64,000 nt of DNA from NCBI RefSeq assembly GCF_037042905.1, contig NC_087256.1, positions 26,350,001-26,414,000 on the forward strand. Direction: 5' to 3'. Below are positions 28,001 through 40,200 of the stretch, one piece after another. Made by a program: the position numbers and the translations under genes. The first letter of the stretch is position 1, and the number at the start of each line of letters is the position of its first letter. This DNA comes from Lytechinus pictus (taxonomy: Eukaryota). The notes below the pieces were generated by a model. That model did no database searches and was not told the origin of the DNA. It saw only the letters and a list, made by a program, of their open reading frames with translations.

Positions 28001-28871
28001 TTATTGCTGCAACTTATTTCATCATAACACACATAAGAGTTAAGACACACCATTTGATTTACATATGAAATAATGAAACATTTAATATTTATGATTTAAT
28101 GTACGGTAATAATAAAGTCATATTAAGAAAAAGGAAAGTGGGGATGTGACATCATCAGCCCATCAAATGAATATTCATGAAGATGTGCATATAACTGTTT
28201 TCACAAAATATTCCTAAACTTTAAAATTCAATAACAGATATTAATTTAAACGTGAGACCAGCCACGGCCACCAGGCTAAATATATTTAGAGTCCGCCCGC
28301 GCCCGTGGGCGTGGCCCGCTCCACCAGCATATGCGGCCGGGTGTACCCCGACCCCGCCGGCCGGCGCGCCAGCCGGGATCGGAGCACTCACGTCGATCCT
28401 GGTCGGTTGCTCTTCGAATCTGACCCCAACGCCTGTCTTGATCTTGCGAAATTTCCACATCCAATGTTTAGTTAGGCGCCCTAATTTGTGAGTATGGAAT
28501 TCGAATCGATCCAATTTAAGTTAAATGAATTTACTCGTCTTCTTAATAGCATTTACAAAATATTTTTTACCTTCGTTGTTGCAGAGTGAGAGGCTGTGCC
28601 TGCGACTGAGTGCGAGTGTGAATCATCTTCATTTCCTTAAATGTGGAAATGCATGAGATAGTCCCACTCATTTATTATTGTGTCATGTTAATGTTGACGT
28701 CGTGAAAATGCGTGGTTGGACCTTTTTATTATCTACTCCTCTCCAGGGCTAAAGTAGAGTAAGGTTCTAACTGTGTTAGTTCTGTAGGATGAGTGGTTTC
28801 AGTTTTGATTTGACTAGCTATCAGAATGAAGACAATGTACTACAAACTACAATACCCCCTGGCCCATTTAA

Positions 28872-30341
28872 AGTTGAATTAAGAAGGGGGTGAGTTTCCA
28901 TAAATATAGGTTCTACACACAATATATAGTATATATAAGTTGTTCAAACAGATAGCATGTCACAAAAATCCTCTGCCTGCTCGATATTTTGCTTTGAAAG
29001 TCTATGAAATTAGCCACCTGTCAGAGCCCGAGAGACGAGTGTACAGAAAAGCCACTCGGAGTGTGACGTCACCGGGGGGAATTTAGTATAAGAGGTGCCT
29101 GAATGTCATACAGAAATGCTATGCAGAGAGAGAAAGATATTTTACAATTTTTTTTCAAATCAACTCAAATCAAACAAATAGGACTGATATGTACAAATCT
29201 TTACTTTCCCTGTATAAAAAACAGTATGAATAACCATCATGAACTCTTCAATCATGATGTAAGATAGCAAACAGTGAGTTATTGAATGATATTTTCACTA
29301 TTTCTCATTTATTTTATCACGATGTTCAATCAAGTGAATAGCTGGAAAGTAATTCCGGCGGCTAGCTCAGCTCTCGCTCAGCGCGCGCTGAACGCATGAT
29401 ACTAGTAGACACAACACCCAGGCATTGAGTGTACTGTTATGGTCTGGTACGTCGACTTAGTTCATGGCCGTGCAGCGATCCCCTGGCGTTTTTTCTTCTT
29501 TTCTTTTGTCTTTGACTCCACTTTTATATCCTCTGGATCATTTCCACTCATAGCTCATTCCACAGAACAATCTTGAACCAAACGTATTATTCTTTCTCGG
29601 CCTTCTGAGTTGTTTTCTATATTTAATTACGCTAGGGGTCACCGTCACACATACAAACGCAATTCGCAAGTGAGTTGAAGACAGAGGGATATTATAGTAA
29701 TTAGTATACATATCTATGGTTGAAGACAACAAGAAAGGTATGCGGTACGGTAGCTCGACAGCTAGCTGCGCCGGAGCGGGCGGCCGGTCGGCACAAAGCA
29801 ATTCCGCAACCAACTGTGTTTTTTTGCAAGAGCCGCGTCACACGCGGATAAATATGTCATAATAACACGTCTGCTACGTTATCGACTGATGAGAAGATCT
29901 CGATCAAATTTCATATTATTCACCTTGAAATTATTCCTTTAGGGTCTATGGTATCATTCTGAGGGAATTTACATATTTGGAATAATAGTACGGCCACAAA
30001 TATTTTAATCATTTCCTCTTTGCAAGTTCTATGGCTCGCAGATACAACTTCAACTGCAGTTATTCCATATGAAGGCGTACGTGCATAGTACACAAAGCGG
30101 CACTGCCTTGTATACTACACCGAGACCGAATACCCCCTGGTGACGTCACACTCAAAGAACACCCGTCTCGGTAGGCATTGCAGGAGCGAACTCATGGAAA
30201 ACGGGTAGGGATAAATCGTTCAAATTCACTATTTTGAAAAAAGAAAATGGGGGGTCGAATCACCTCTTAGTGTTTGGGGGGTTTTAAGGTTGCTATTAAT
30301 GTAAATATCTCAATATTTGGAATCGTCTTCTTAATTCAACT
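28872..30341. mobile_element. Kolobok-like non-autonomous DNA transposon between the P450 and HPS1 5' ends
   Basis: TTAA|AGTTGAATTAAGAAG ... CTTCTTAATTCAACT|TTAA (15-bp TIR, TTAA TSD). Inverted subterminal GAGTGTGACGTCACC motifs near 29060 and 30140. Confidence 0.85.
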
Positions 30342-31252
30342 TTAACTAACTCATATGGAGCTCCGGCCCGCTTCCCGGAGCTTTCTGGCCTGGGTTAATT
30401 ACGAACATGACTGAACTGACGTTAACTAACCTCGTACGAGACGACTAGTGTGAGAGTGGGCCCTGGGGCTGGGCCTGGCTTGCATTTTTATTTTATAATC
30501 TTGAGACAAGATCTAGATGAATATTAATACTATAGTAATTAGAACATCATTTGGTAGGTTTTTTATCAATTTTAATAAAAAAAAGTTAAAAAACCTGTCT
30601 ATTATACTGACGAGTGACGTCAGTGTCCTTTTATGCTTTTTGTCTTTTCTTCTCTCTGTCTTTGCTCTGCCTTCATGGCCTTGCATTGGCTTAGGCTTAT
30701 AAGTCATATTAGTTCGTAAAAGTACTTTCTTGACTACAGCCAAACATGGTGAAGTGAGGATTCTAGACTAGACCCCCTATGCACCATTTGTTAAATTATC
30801 ATGTTTCTTATCCAGTGTTCATAGAATACTGAATAGTGCAGAAAGAAGAGGAAGATGACTCCACTTACCTTGTCAGACCAAAAAAATTATTTTATTCAAA
30901 TTGGTTGGACTCCAGATCCAGTGCAGTTAGAATCTGTCATTTTAATTTGAATCATTCTCTTCATTCTCTTTGTGTGGCACTCGGCTGACTCGCACTTATA
31001 CTAGCTCTATTGTTGGAAAAATGGATTTGCATATTACACAAATATGATGTTTATTATTTGTAAATATAATGATGCCTTGTCATTGCGCCAATAAGGCATA
31101 ATGATGACTGGTCAGTCTTCTTGGATTGTGATATTGATCAAATTTGATGGGGAGAATTGATGGAAAGGCAAGAGTATGCTGAACTCAATGTCCATACATG
31201 TATTCTTATCCTTGTAAACAGAAGATCTGTGTCTGCCTGAAAAGACTCGAAG

Positions 31253-34200
31253 ATGAAGTGCCTACTGGTAGTCCGGAATCCTAGCATGCCAGACATTGTC
31301 TTCATGTGGAATGATTGTGAGTTCAAGGCGCACCTTGCCAAGTCTGCATATGATCGGGGCCTGACAGAGGTAACAGACATAGGCAACAAATCCCCCCCCC
31401 CCCCATCTCCCCCTCCTCTTCCTTTTCTCTTACTCTTTTTCTTCTTTTCTTCTCGTTTTTCTTCCTCTTCTTTTTCTTGCTTCTCTCTTCCTCCACTTCA
31501 TTTTATTAATTTTTTTCTCCCTCTCATCTTTCTGTTCCTTCTCCCCCTGTTCCTTCTCCTTCTCTTGCTCCTTCTCTGCTATCTTCCACTTCGTCCTCCT
31601 CTGTTTCCTGCACATTTGATATGAAATTAGTTAAATCTTATTGGATATGATGCAACCCTAGATATGGGGTACATGTAGGTCCATACGTATTAGCCTACTC
31701 TTTGAAGGTTGTTATGAAGATCATTTGATGGTAAAGCCAAGACTATTAGTGGGAGAGAGTATAGGGTGTGAGAATGAGGAGTTTAAAAGCCTCCTTTTTA
31801 AAAAGTTTTTCCTGATCTTGCTTCTTCATGTGTCTGTATTAAAGAGCTTGGTTCAAAAAAATACTACATAGGCCTATACTTTAAATGAAAAATAGAATCA
31901 TTGTTGTCATGGTAGTGCTTCATAAGAGTGGTGTGTAATTATGCTCAACTTTTGGTTTTTAATATGGTATATAAGCTTAATAGCTTAATTTGAAAGGTAT
32001 ATAAGATAAGACTTGTGAGAGATAATAATTTTACAAACGAAGGTACGTATTAATTTACAATTGTTATACATTACACAGGTTTTCACTACACATGTATGTG
32101 CAGTGAACTGAAAACCTATTTGGTCAAATGCCAAATGGCAATACATTTATAATCAGTATGATGATCAGATCTTTGCAATCGCCTTTCCCATTTTTCTTTC
32201 ACAGCCAGAGGAGATCCTTGGGGACTTAGACATCAGTGTCGTGACGCAGTATTTCTCGCCGATCATCGCATCCCATGGACTTCTCTCATCGGAAATGAAC
32301 TGCCCTTACTCCAGTATTACCTGTAACAATGACTTCATCTTTGTCATGAAACAAGTGAGTAGTGTGCTACGACATAGTATTTCCACTACCTGCTATGCAC
32401 TTGGCAGGATTGCCTAGTAATCATTATGATACTTTTGGCTTAATTTGAAAGGTATCGTGAAATTTGAAAGGGCGCGTCGTGGTCAAGTGGTTCTGACTCT
32501 CGCTTTTCAAACAGAGGGTCGCAGGTTCGAATCCTAGCCATGGCGTGTGGCGTGTTTTCCTTCAGCAAGATAGTTATCCACACTGTGCTGCACTCGACCC
32601 AGGTGAGGTGAATGGGTACCCGGCAGAAAGAAATTCCTCGAATGCTCGAGCGCCTGATCAAGGTAGCTATGCTAAAGCCGGGGTAATAATAATAACATTA
32701 TCATGTTAAGCAGGGCCCGCTGGTAGAACAGTTTTCAGAACTGAAGTGGCTTCCCTTGGTAAAATATGACATTATTATAATTATTATTACTTGGCAACCC
32801 CCTGTCCTTGTATAGATTCTACATTTTATTGCATCGCAAAGCTTCGTTTCAATATAATTAATGCATTTTATAAAATGGTCGAATGATGCTCCTCAGGGAG
32901 TGGATATGGTGCACCTTATGTGTGAAATCGTGATGGATTTGATTACTGGGTTATATTATACAAATAATGAATGTTTATGAGTGCAATGGACAGAATACTT
33001 CATGAGGTTAAAGATGAAATGATCCATTCTACGAGGCGTATGCAAGTTGAATGGATCATTATTTCATCTTTCACCAAATGAAGTATTCTGTCCATTGCAC
33101 AAATGAAAAAGCATTCATTATTTGGTTTATATGACACCTAAAAATTGAGGGTTTTTTCCATATGAAATTTATGAATTTGGATGCAAAACATGCTCCGAAT
33201 GCAGTGCGAGTTCGGTCTGTTGATTTTTACGTCATTACAACATGCGCACTGGTAGTGCCTGCAACTGCAGTCTCGGTGCGCGCGTGCAATGGACAAAATC
33301 GTATGGATCCAAAATTGCACGATGAATGGATAAAAAAATGCATGGTTGATGACGTTGTTGGGACGGATCTGAGTATTTTGGTGAATTTGGTGGAGAAAAT
33401 ATTATGTTTCTTTTTAAAAACAAAGACAAATCAAACACACCAATCAATGGGACTAGGAAAAAACAGGGGGAAAACTAAACAAGCAACAACAAGCACGGCG
33501 ACTCAAACACCCCAACTTTTTAGCTAAACGTGATCATTCAAGAAAAATAAGCACTTGACAAAATAATTAGTTCGATGACTTCGATTTATAATTAAAATGA
33601 TTCGAATGTTTTCTTTGACAAATTTACAGAGTGTTTACAACTCAAAGAAATGCCTGTATGATATATCAAATATCTGAAGACAGTAAATAAAGTTATGTCG
33701 TATATTCAAAGGAATTATAACAGAGCAATTAATTATTTAATAAAATAGGATATAAACTCCAAAATAGGCCAAAGCGTTGAGAAGTTGACAGTTCGATCTA
33801 CTTGGCGAATTGAGTTCGACCTGAACTTGGAATGGTGGAATACGTAGCTAGGCCTGTCGTATACAACGGAGAGTGGAAAAGCAGTCTAGATGGATCCTCG
33901 ATCGATGTCATGTAGGACAAAAAATCGTCTATGGTGAGGGTCTCAGTGGAACCTGACAATTATCAAAATAAAACAAACAGTGTCCTAATACACTTATCGT
34001 CGTCGAACACAGATAAACGACCTCAAAACGTGTAAAGATATAATTTATCATCTCATAATAATGACAGTGAGAATTGTCTATTTAGCAGCAATTCTAAACA
34101 AAATATAAAAGTACATCATGTAAAACCAGGCTATATGCCTTTAAGAAATTCGACGAGAATGACTTTCATAATGTCAAGGTCAAATAACAATGTTCACTAT

Positions 34201-37200
34201 CAAGTATAGCATACATCGGAAAACTCTCCATAATACCGACAACTGAAGATCGATTAAATACTAAGCTGTCTGCAATGACATATAAATCAACGTAAATAAT
34301 TTCAAAGATCTATTTTTGCTTATAATATTCGACATTTCATGTGGATGACACTTTATACAAAAATAAAGTTGTCTACAAACGTACTCGGCATAATTTCTTC
34401 AGTACAAATACTTTGTCAAGAAATTAGTTATATCAAATATCTCTTTTCTCTTTTTACTATAAATGTTGTTATAAATATTAAACGTACATACCCGATAAAC
34501 ATCAGGAAAAAGAAGTAAAAAGTCAGCTAAACCAGGAGTCCATTAATTCTCCTTTACAAAATGACGAGCCCAAACAGCATCGGTGAAGTACGCTGTCGGG
34601 AGCTAAGCCGACGGTCTCGGGGGAGATATTGGTTCAAATCCCCATAGAAAAAGATGTAACCAAAATTGAACACAGACGACTCTGCTGAAGTATCAGCAAC
34701 CGGGCTTTTTTCAAGAGTCCCGTATCGTTAATTAAGAACGCACGAAACCGCCCTTACAGGGCGAGATCTAATTGGTCATTTTTCGTAACCAAGAAAAACA
34801 TTATTTACATATTATTACTAAGTCCGTGTCTCTTAGGGTTCAACACGTATTGGGAATGCTTTCTTTTGAAATTCACCTGCTGTTCCGGAAATACTGTCTT
34901 TAATAATAACAGGTGGAAATTTCTTTGCGTCCAACTAAAAATATCCAAATTGCTTTTGATTCTTTTTTTTTACACAGTATCACATAAAAGTGCTTTTGAT
35001 TTTTGTTTTACACAGTATCACATAAAAGTATTTCAGGCTTCTTTGATATCCTAAAAATAAACTCAGAAATTGTCACTACATAAAATCCCCTCCTAGTAAG
35101 GAAGTCATGAATATGTCTACTTACGACAAGCTATTTACTATCAACAGAACTACACAGTATAATAGTCATACATAATTATGATAATTAATTAACAAACTGC
35201 AATATAACGTTCTGGAAATCGAACATATCGTCCAGATCGAGTTTTTCGGATAGGTGCAGTGGGTGTACTCGTGCGCGAACTCTGCACTGCACTCTTTACC
35301 GCAGAGCTTGGAATTCTGCCTTTAACGATACTTTAACGATAACTTTAACGAATGTATGCTACTTTCAAACGATCTATGCAAATCTGATCGCGTTTGCCAT
35401 CAATGTCAAGCGTGAAAAAGCGGTCTTTGCGCTTTAGCACCTTATACGGTCCTTTGTATGGCTGTTGTAGCGGTTTGCGAACAGAATCTACCCTAACAAA
35501 TACATGCGAGCACGAGAAAAGATCTCTAGGGATATGCGTCGATCCTTGCTTCGCTCTAGTAGGGGTAAGTGTACATGACGCCATGTGTCTACGTAACCGG
35601 GATATGTAGTCACTCGGATCTACATCAGTTCGCTCAGCCGTAACGAACTGTCCGGGTAATCTCAGAGTTGTCCCGAAAACTAGCTCTGCTGATGAGCATG
35701 ACAAATCTGCTTTAATGGTAGAACGGATACCCAGGAGTGTCAAAGGTAATTGTTCACTCCATCGAGAAGGATCCTCGTAAGCCTTCAAAGCAGCCTTAAG
35801 TTGACGGTGAAATCTCTCTACCATCCCGTTTGCCGCAGGATGATAGGCGGTTGTTCGGATGCGGGTTGTACCTAACAACTTAGTTAGTTCCGCGAAAAGG
35901 CGTGATTCGAACTGCCTACCACGATCGGTGGTGACAGAGCTGGGTGCACCAAACATGGCAACCCACCTTTCTACGAAGGTTTTGGCAACTGTTTCTGCGC
36001 GGATATCGGTTATCGGGATGGCTTCCGGCCATCTGGTAAAACGGTCTATACACGTAAGTAGATATGTATAACCATTCGAATGGGGCAACGGACCAACGAG
36101 ATCCAGATGAACGTGTGCGAAACGCGCATCTGGGGTACTAAAAGTCCCTTGTGGGGCTTTTACATGTCTATTAGTCTTTGACCTCTGACACGGTAGACAT
36201 TCTCGGGCCCATTTGCACACATCCTTATTAATCCCGGGCCATACGTAACGAGCGGTAATCGCACGCTGTGTTGCTCGGACTCCTGGATGAGAGAGTCCAT
36301 GGATAGCATTGAAAACTGCCCTCCTATGAATCTTCGGGACGAAAGGACGGGTGAGTCCGTGAGAAGTATCGCATACGATCGAGCCACCAGTGGTGAGCCT
36401 TGGTACTTTTTTGAGCACCATACTAGAATTGACCTCTGAATTGAGATACGCTTGCAATTCTGAATCGGTTTCTTGTGCTTCCGCAATATCCGTGAAATCG
36501 ATCCGAGATTCGGTATGCAAGGCGCTGATATCGGGTCGAGATAGGGTGTCAGCCACCACATTGTCTTGACCTTTGACATATCTGATGTCTGTGGTGAATT
36601 GCGATATGAAATCCAACTGCCGAATTTCGCGGGGGCTATGACGATCTGGCTTGGCGTTTAATGCGTATGTTAAAAGTTTATGGTCGGTATAAACGCAGAA
36701 AGGACGACCTTCTAGCATGTACCTAAAATGTTTAATTGCCAAGTAAATGGCCAGCAACTCTCGCCCGAATGCGCTATACCTTGTTTCAGCAGGTAGCAAT
36801 TTCCGCGAGAAGAATGCAATTGGCTCCCATGCATTGTCGTGGAGTTGCTGAATAACTCCACCAATAGCGCGGTCTGATGCGTCGACCATCAAGCTCAGAG
36901 GATAATCTGAATTTGGATAGGCCAATAACGTAATCTGCACTAGTTTCTCTTTGACTTCAACGAAAGCGGTCGTACAAGCAGGCGACCAATCTAGCGGTTT
37001 CTTAGATCGCTTCTTACGATTGCGCAGGAGGTCCGTGAGAGGCATGAGGATATGCGCGCAGTTAGGTATAAATCTACGGTAAAAGTTCACTAACCCGAGA
37101 AATCCTCGCAACTGCTTCAATGTCGTGGGGACAGTGCAGTTCCGAATCGCATCCACTTTGTCCGGGAGTGGACTGACTCCATCGCGGTTGATACGGTGAC

Positions 37201-40200
37201 CTAGAAATTCTAGCTCCGATCGGCCAAAAACGCACTTGTTTGGGTTGACGACAACACCAAACTCCCTAAGTCTTTCAAAGAGCAGACGTAGGTGGCGTTC
37301 ATGCTCTAGCTCACTATCGCTAGCTACAAGTAAGTCATCTATATAAGCATATACGAACGGTAGTCCACGAATGACCTGATCTATGAACCTCTGAAAAGAT
37401 TGCGCAGCATTACGCAGACCGAACGGCATTCGTTCGAATTCATAAAGGCCAAAAGGTGTACATATAGCCGTCTTGCAAATATCGTCTGGCGCGACGGGTA
37501 TCTGGTGATATGCACGAACTAAATCTATCTTGGAAAATATGCGCTTTCCATTCAAATTCGCGGTGAAGTCCTGAATATGGGGTACAGGGTAGCGGTCGGG
37601 TACGGTAGCCTTGTTAAGTGCCCTGTAATCACCGCAAGGTCTCCAATCACCGGCAGTCTTTTTCGGCACCATGTGTAACGGCGATGCCCATTGGCTACTA
37701 GACGGCCTAATTATGCCTACATGTAAATCAAGCATATGCTGGAATTCATTACGAGCTATGTCTAACTTGTCTCCGGTGAGTCTACGCGGCCTAGCCGTAA
37801 CGGGTCGTCCTCGCGTTTCAATGTGGTGTACCACATTATGCTTAACGTCCTGCGAACGGTATACGGGTATCGTGATATCAGCGTATTCATCACGCAACAT
37901 CTTCGTGTACGCATCAATAGCTTCAGGCGTGTCAAATACGGGACTAAGTGACACAGTGTCCGTATGTCTACCTGACACTTGCATGTTCGTTAGGGGATCA
38001 ATAAGCCTCGGCTTTGCCATATCAATAAGAAATTGAAAATGGTGCAGAAAGTCCGCACCTAAAATAGGCATGGTTACGTCAGCTATGATAAATATCCAAC
38101 GGCAGCTGCGACGTACGCCTAAATCTAGCGTAAGCGACTGTTGTCCGTAAGTTGTGATGCGCGAACCATTAGCTGCGCGTAGTTTCAAGGTAGAAGGTTT
38201 AACCCTCTGTTGCTTTGTCGGGAGGATTACCGACACAGCCGCGCCTGTGTCAACCAGAAATTTCTTTCGCGAATTAATATCATTAATGTAAAATAGGCGA
38301 CTATCCGGTTGACCAGTTGGGTTTGTCGCCCCAACCCTCTGGTCTATGCGTTTCCCTGACTATTCCAATTGCAGGGTGCCTTGCAGCGATGCGCGTTCTC
38401 AGCATATTGAGAATGATACCAACAATATCCTCTATCTTCGGGCGATTCACTGACGGGCGTGGAATCACGTTTATCACGAGTCTTGCTTCTACTACGATTT
38501 CGACTACGACTACGGTCGTGTTTCAATTGCCCTACGGCTGTGGCTAACTCGCGAAGGAGCTTTGTCAAATCCGCAATTTGCCTTACAAGGTTTGAATTCG
38601 CACCCTGTATATCTCCGGATTGGGCTGGCTTAACCGTGATAGCATGTGACCCTGCATCAGTCACCGGCGCCACGGTGTTCACGACAGGCACGTGCGCTTC
38701 GAGAATTCTATCTGCCAATGCGGCCAGATCCGATAGCGCTAGCGACTCACTCGTGGAGGCTAAGATCAGTCTAACATTAGGCGGCAAGCGTTGTAAGAAT
38801 AACTGCCTAAGTATACCGCTTTCTAATTTCTGATCTCCGACGAGTTGTTCCATGCGCCGTAATAATTGAGAAGGTTTTCGGTCTCCGAGTTCTTCTTCTG
38901 TGAGTAACATTTGTACTCTTCTCTGTTCCGATTCCGTCGTTCGCGATATGATCTTTTTCTTTAGCGTCGTATATGGCTCACTAACAGGGGGGTTTATCAG
39001 GACGTCGCGAATGTCCTGTGCTACCTCGGGTGGTAGTGTCGCGATAACGTAAGAGTATTTTGTACTCTCAACTACGATATTGCGCGTGGCAAATTGGGCT
39101 TCCGCTTGCGCGAACCATACCTCCGGATCGTTTCGCCAGAATGGCGGCAGCTTTAAAGCAACTGCTCCAAGTATGCTCTCAGAGTCAGCAGTAGACTTCG
39201 CGTCGGCATCTTCTTGTGACATTGTGAAAGAGCGCGAGCGTACAACCACTGCACTTACCTATTACACTGTTCCTATATTAATAAGAATATGACAGTCTTA
39301 TTCTAATTCCTTCAACTCCAATGTGCGTTATCTATCCTGAAAGATCACGTCTTTATATGTATATTATATAAAATCTGTTTCGCCGCTATAAGGGTTAAGG
39401 GTTACTATTTTGTAGCTCCCTTTCAGATCACGTCGGGATCACCATTTTGTTGGGACGGATCTGAGTATTTTGGTGAATTTGGTGGAGAAAATATTATGTT
39501 TCTTTTTAAAAACAAAGACAAATCAAACACACCAATCAATGGGACTAGGAAAAAACAGGGGGAAAACTAAACAAGCAACAACAAGCACGGCGACTCAAAC
39601 ACCCCAACTTTTTAGCTAAACGTGATCATTCAAGAAAAATAAGCACTTGACAAAATACATTGTAATTAGTTCGATGACTTCGATTTATAATTAAAATGAT
39701 TCGAATGTTTTCTTTGACAAATTTACAGAGTGTTTACAACTCAAAGAAATGCCTGTATGATATATCAAATATCTGAAGACAGTAAATAAAGTTATGTCGT
39801 ATATTCAAAGGAATTATAACAGAGCAATTAATTATTTAATAAAATAGGATATAAACTCCAAAATAGGCCAAAGCGTTGAGAAGTTGACAGTTCGATCTAC
39901 TTGGCGAATTGAGTTCGACCTGAACTTGGAATGGTGGAATACGTAGCTAGGCCTGTCGTATACAACGGAGAGTGGAAAAGCAGTCTAGATGGATCCTCGA
40001 TCGATGTCATGTAGGACAAAAAAATCGTCTATGGTGAGGGTCTCAGTGGAACCTGACAATTATCAAAATAAAACAAACAGTGTCCTAATACACTTATCGT
40101 CGTCGAACACAGATAAACGACCTCAAAACGTGTAAAGATATAATTTATCATCTCATAATAATGACAGTGAGAATTGTCTATTTAGCAGCAATTCTAAACA

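Noticed and set aside
28221-28514. GC-rich overlapping ORFs near the P450 5' region
   Set aside because: Short GC-rich patch without splice or homology support; more likely a repeat fragment or promoter-proximal sequence.
34866-35054. Identical 62-aa ORF in both LTRs (also 40966-41154)
   Set aside because: Duplicated only because it lies in the LTR; TTG start, antisense to the element, no recognisable domain; not env-like.
35394-39292. Several plus-strand ORFs over the retrotransposon
   Set aside because: Antisense shadows of gag and pol with no independent coding signal.
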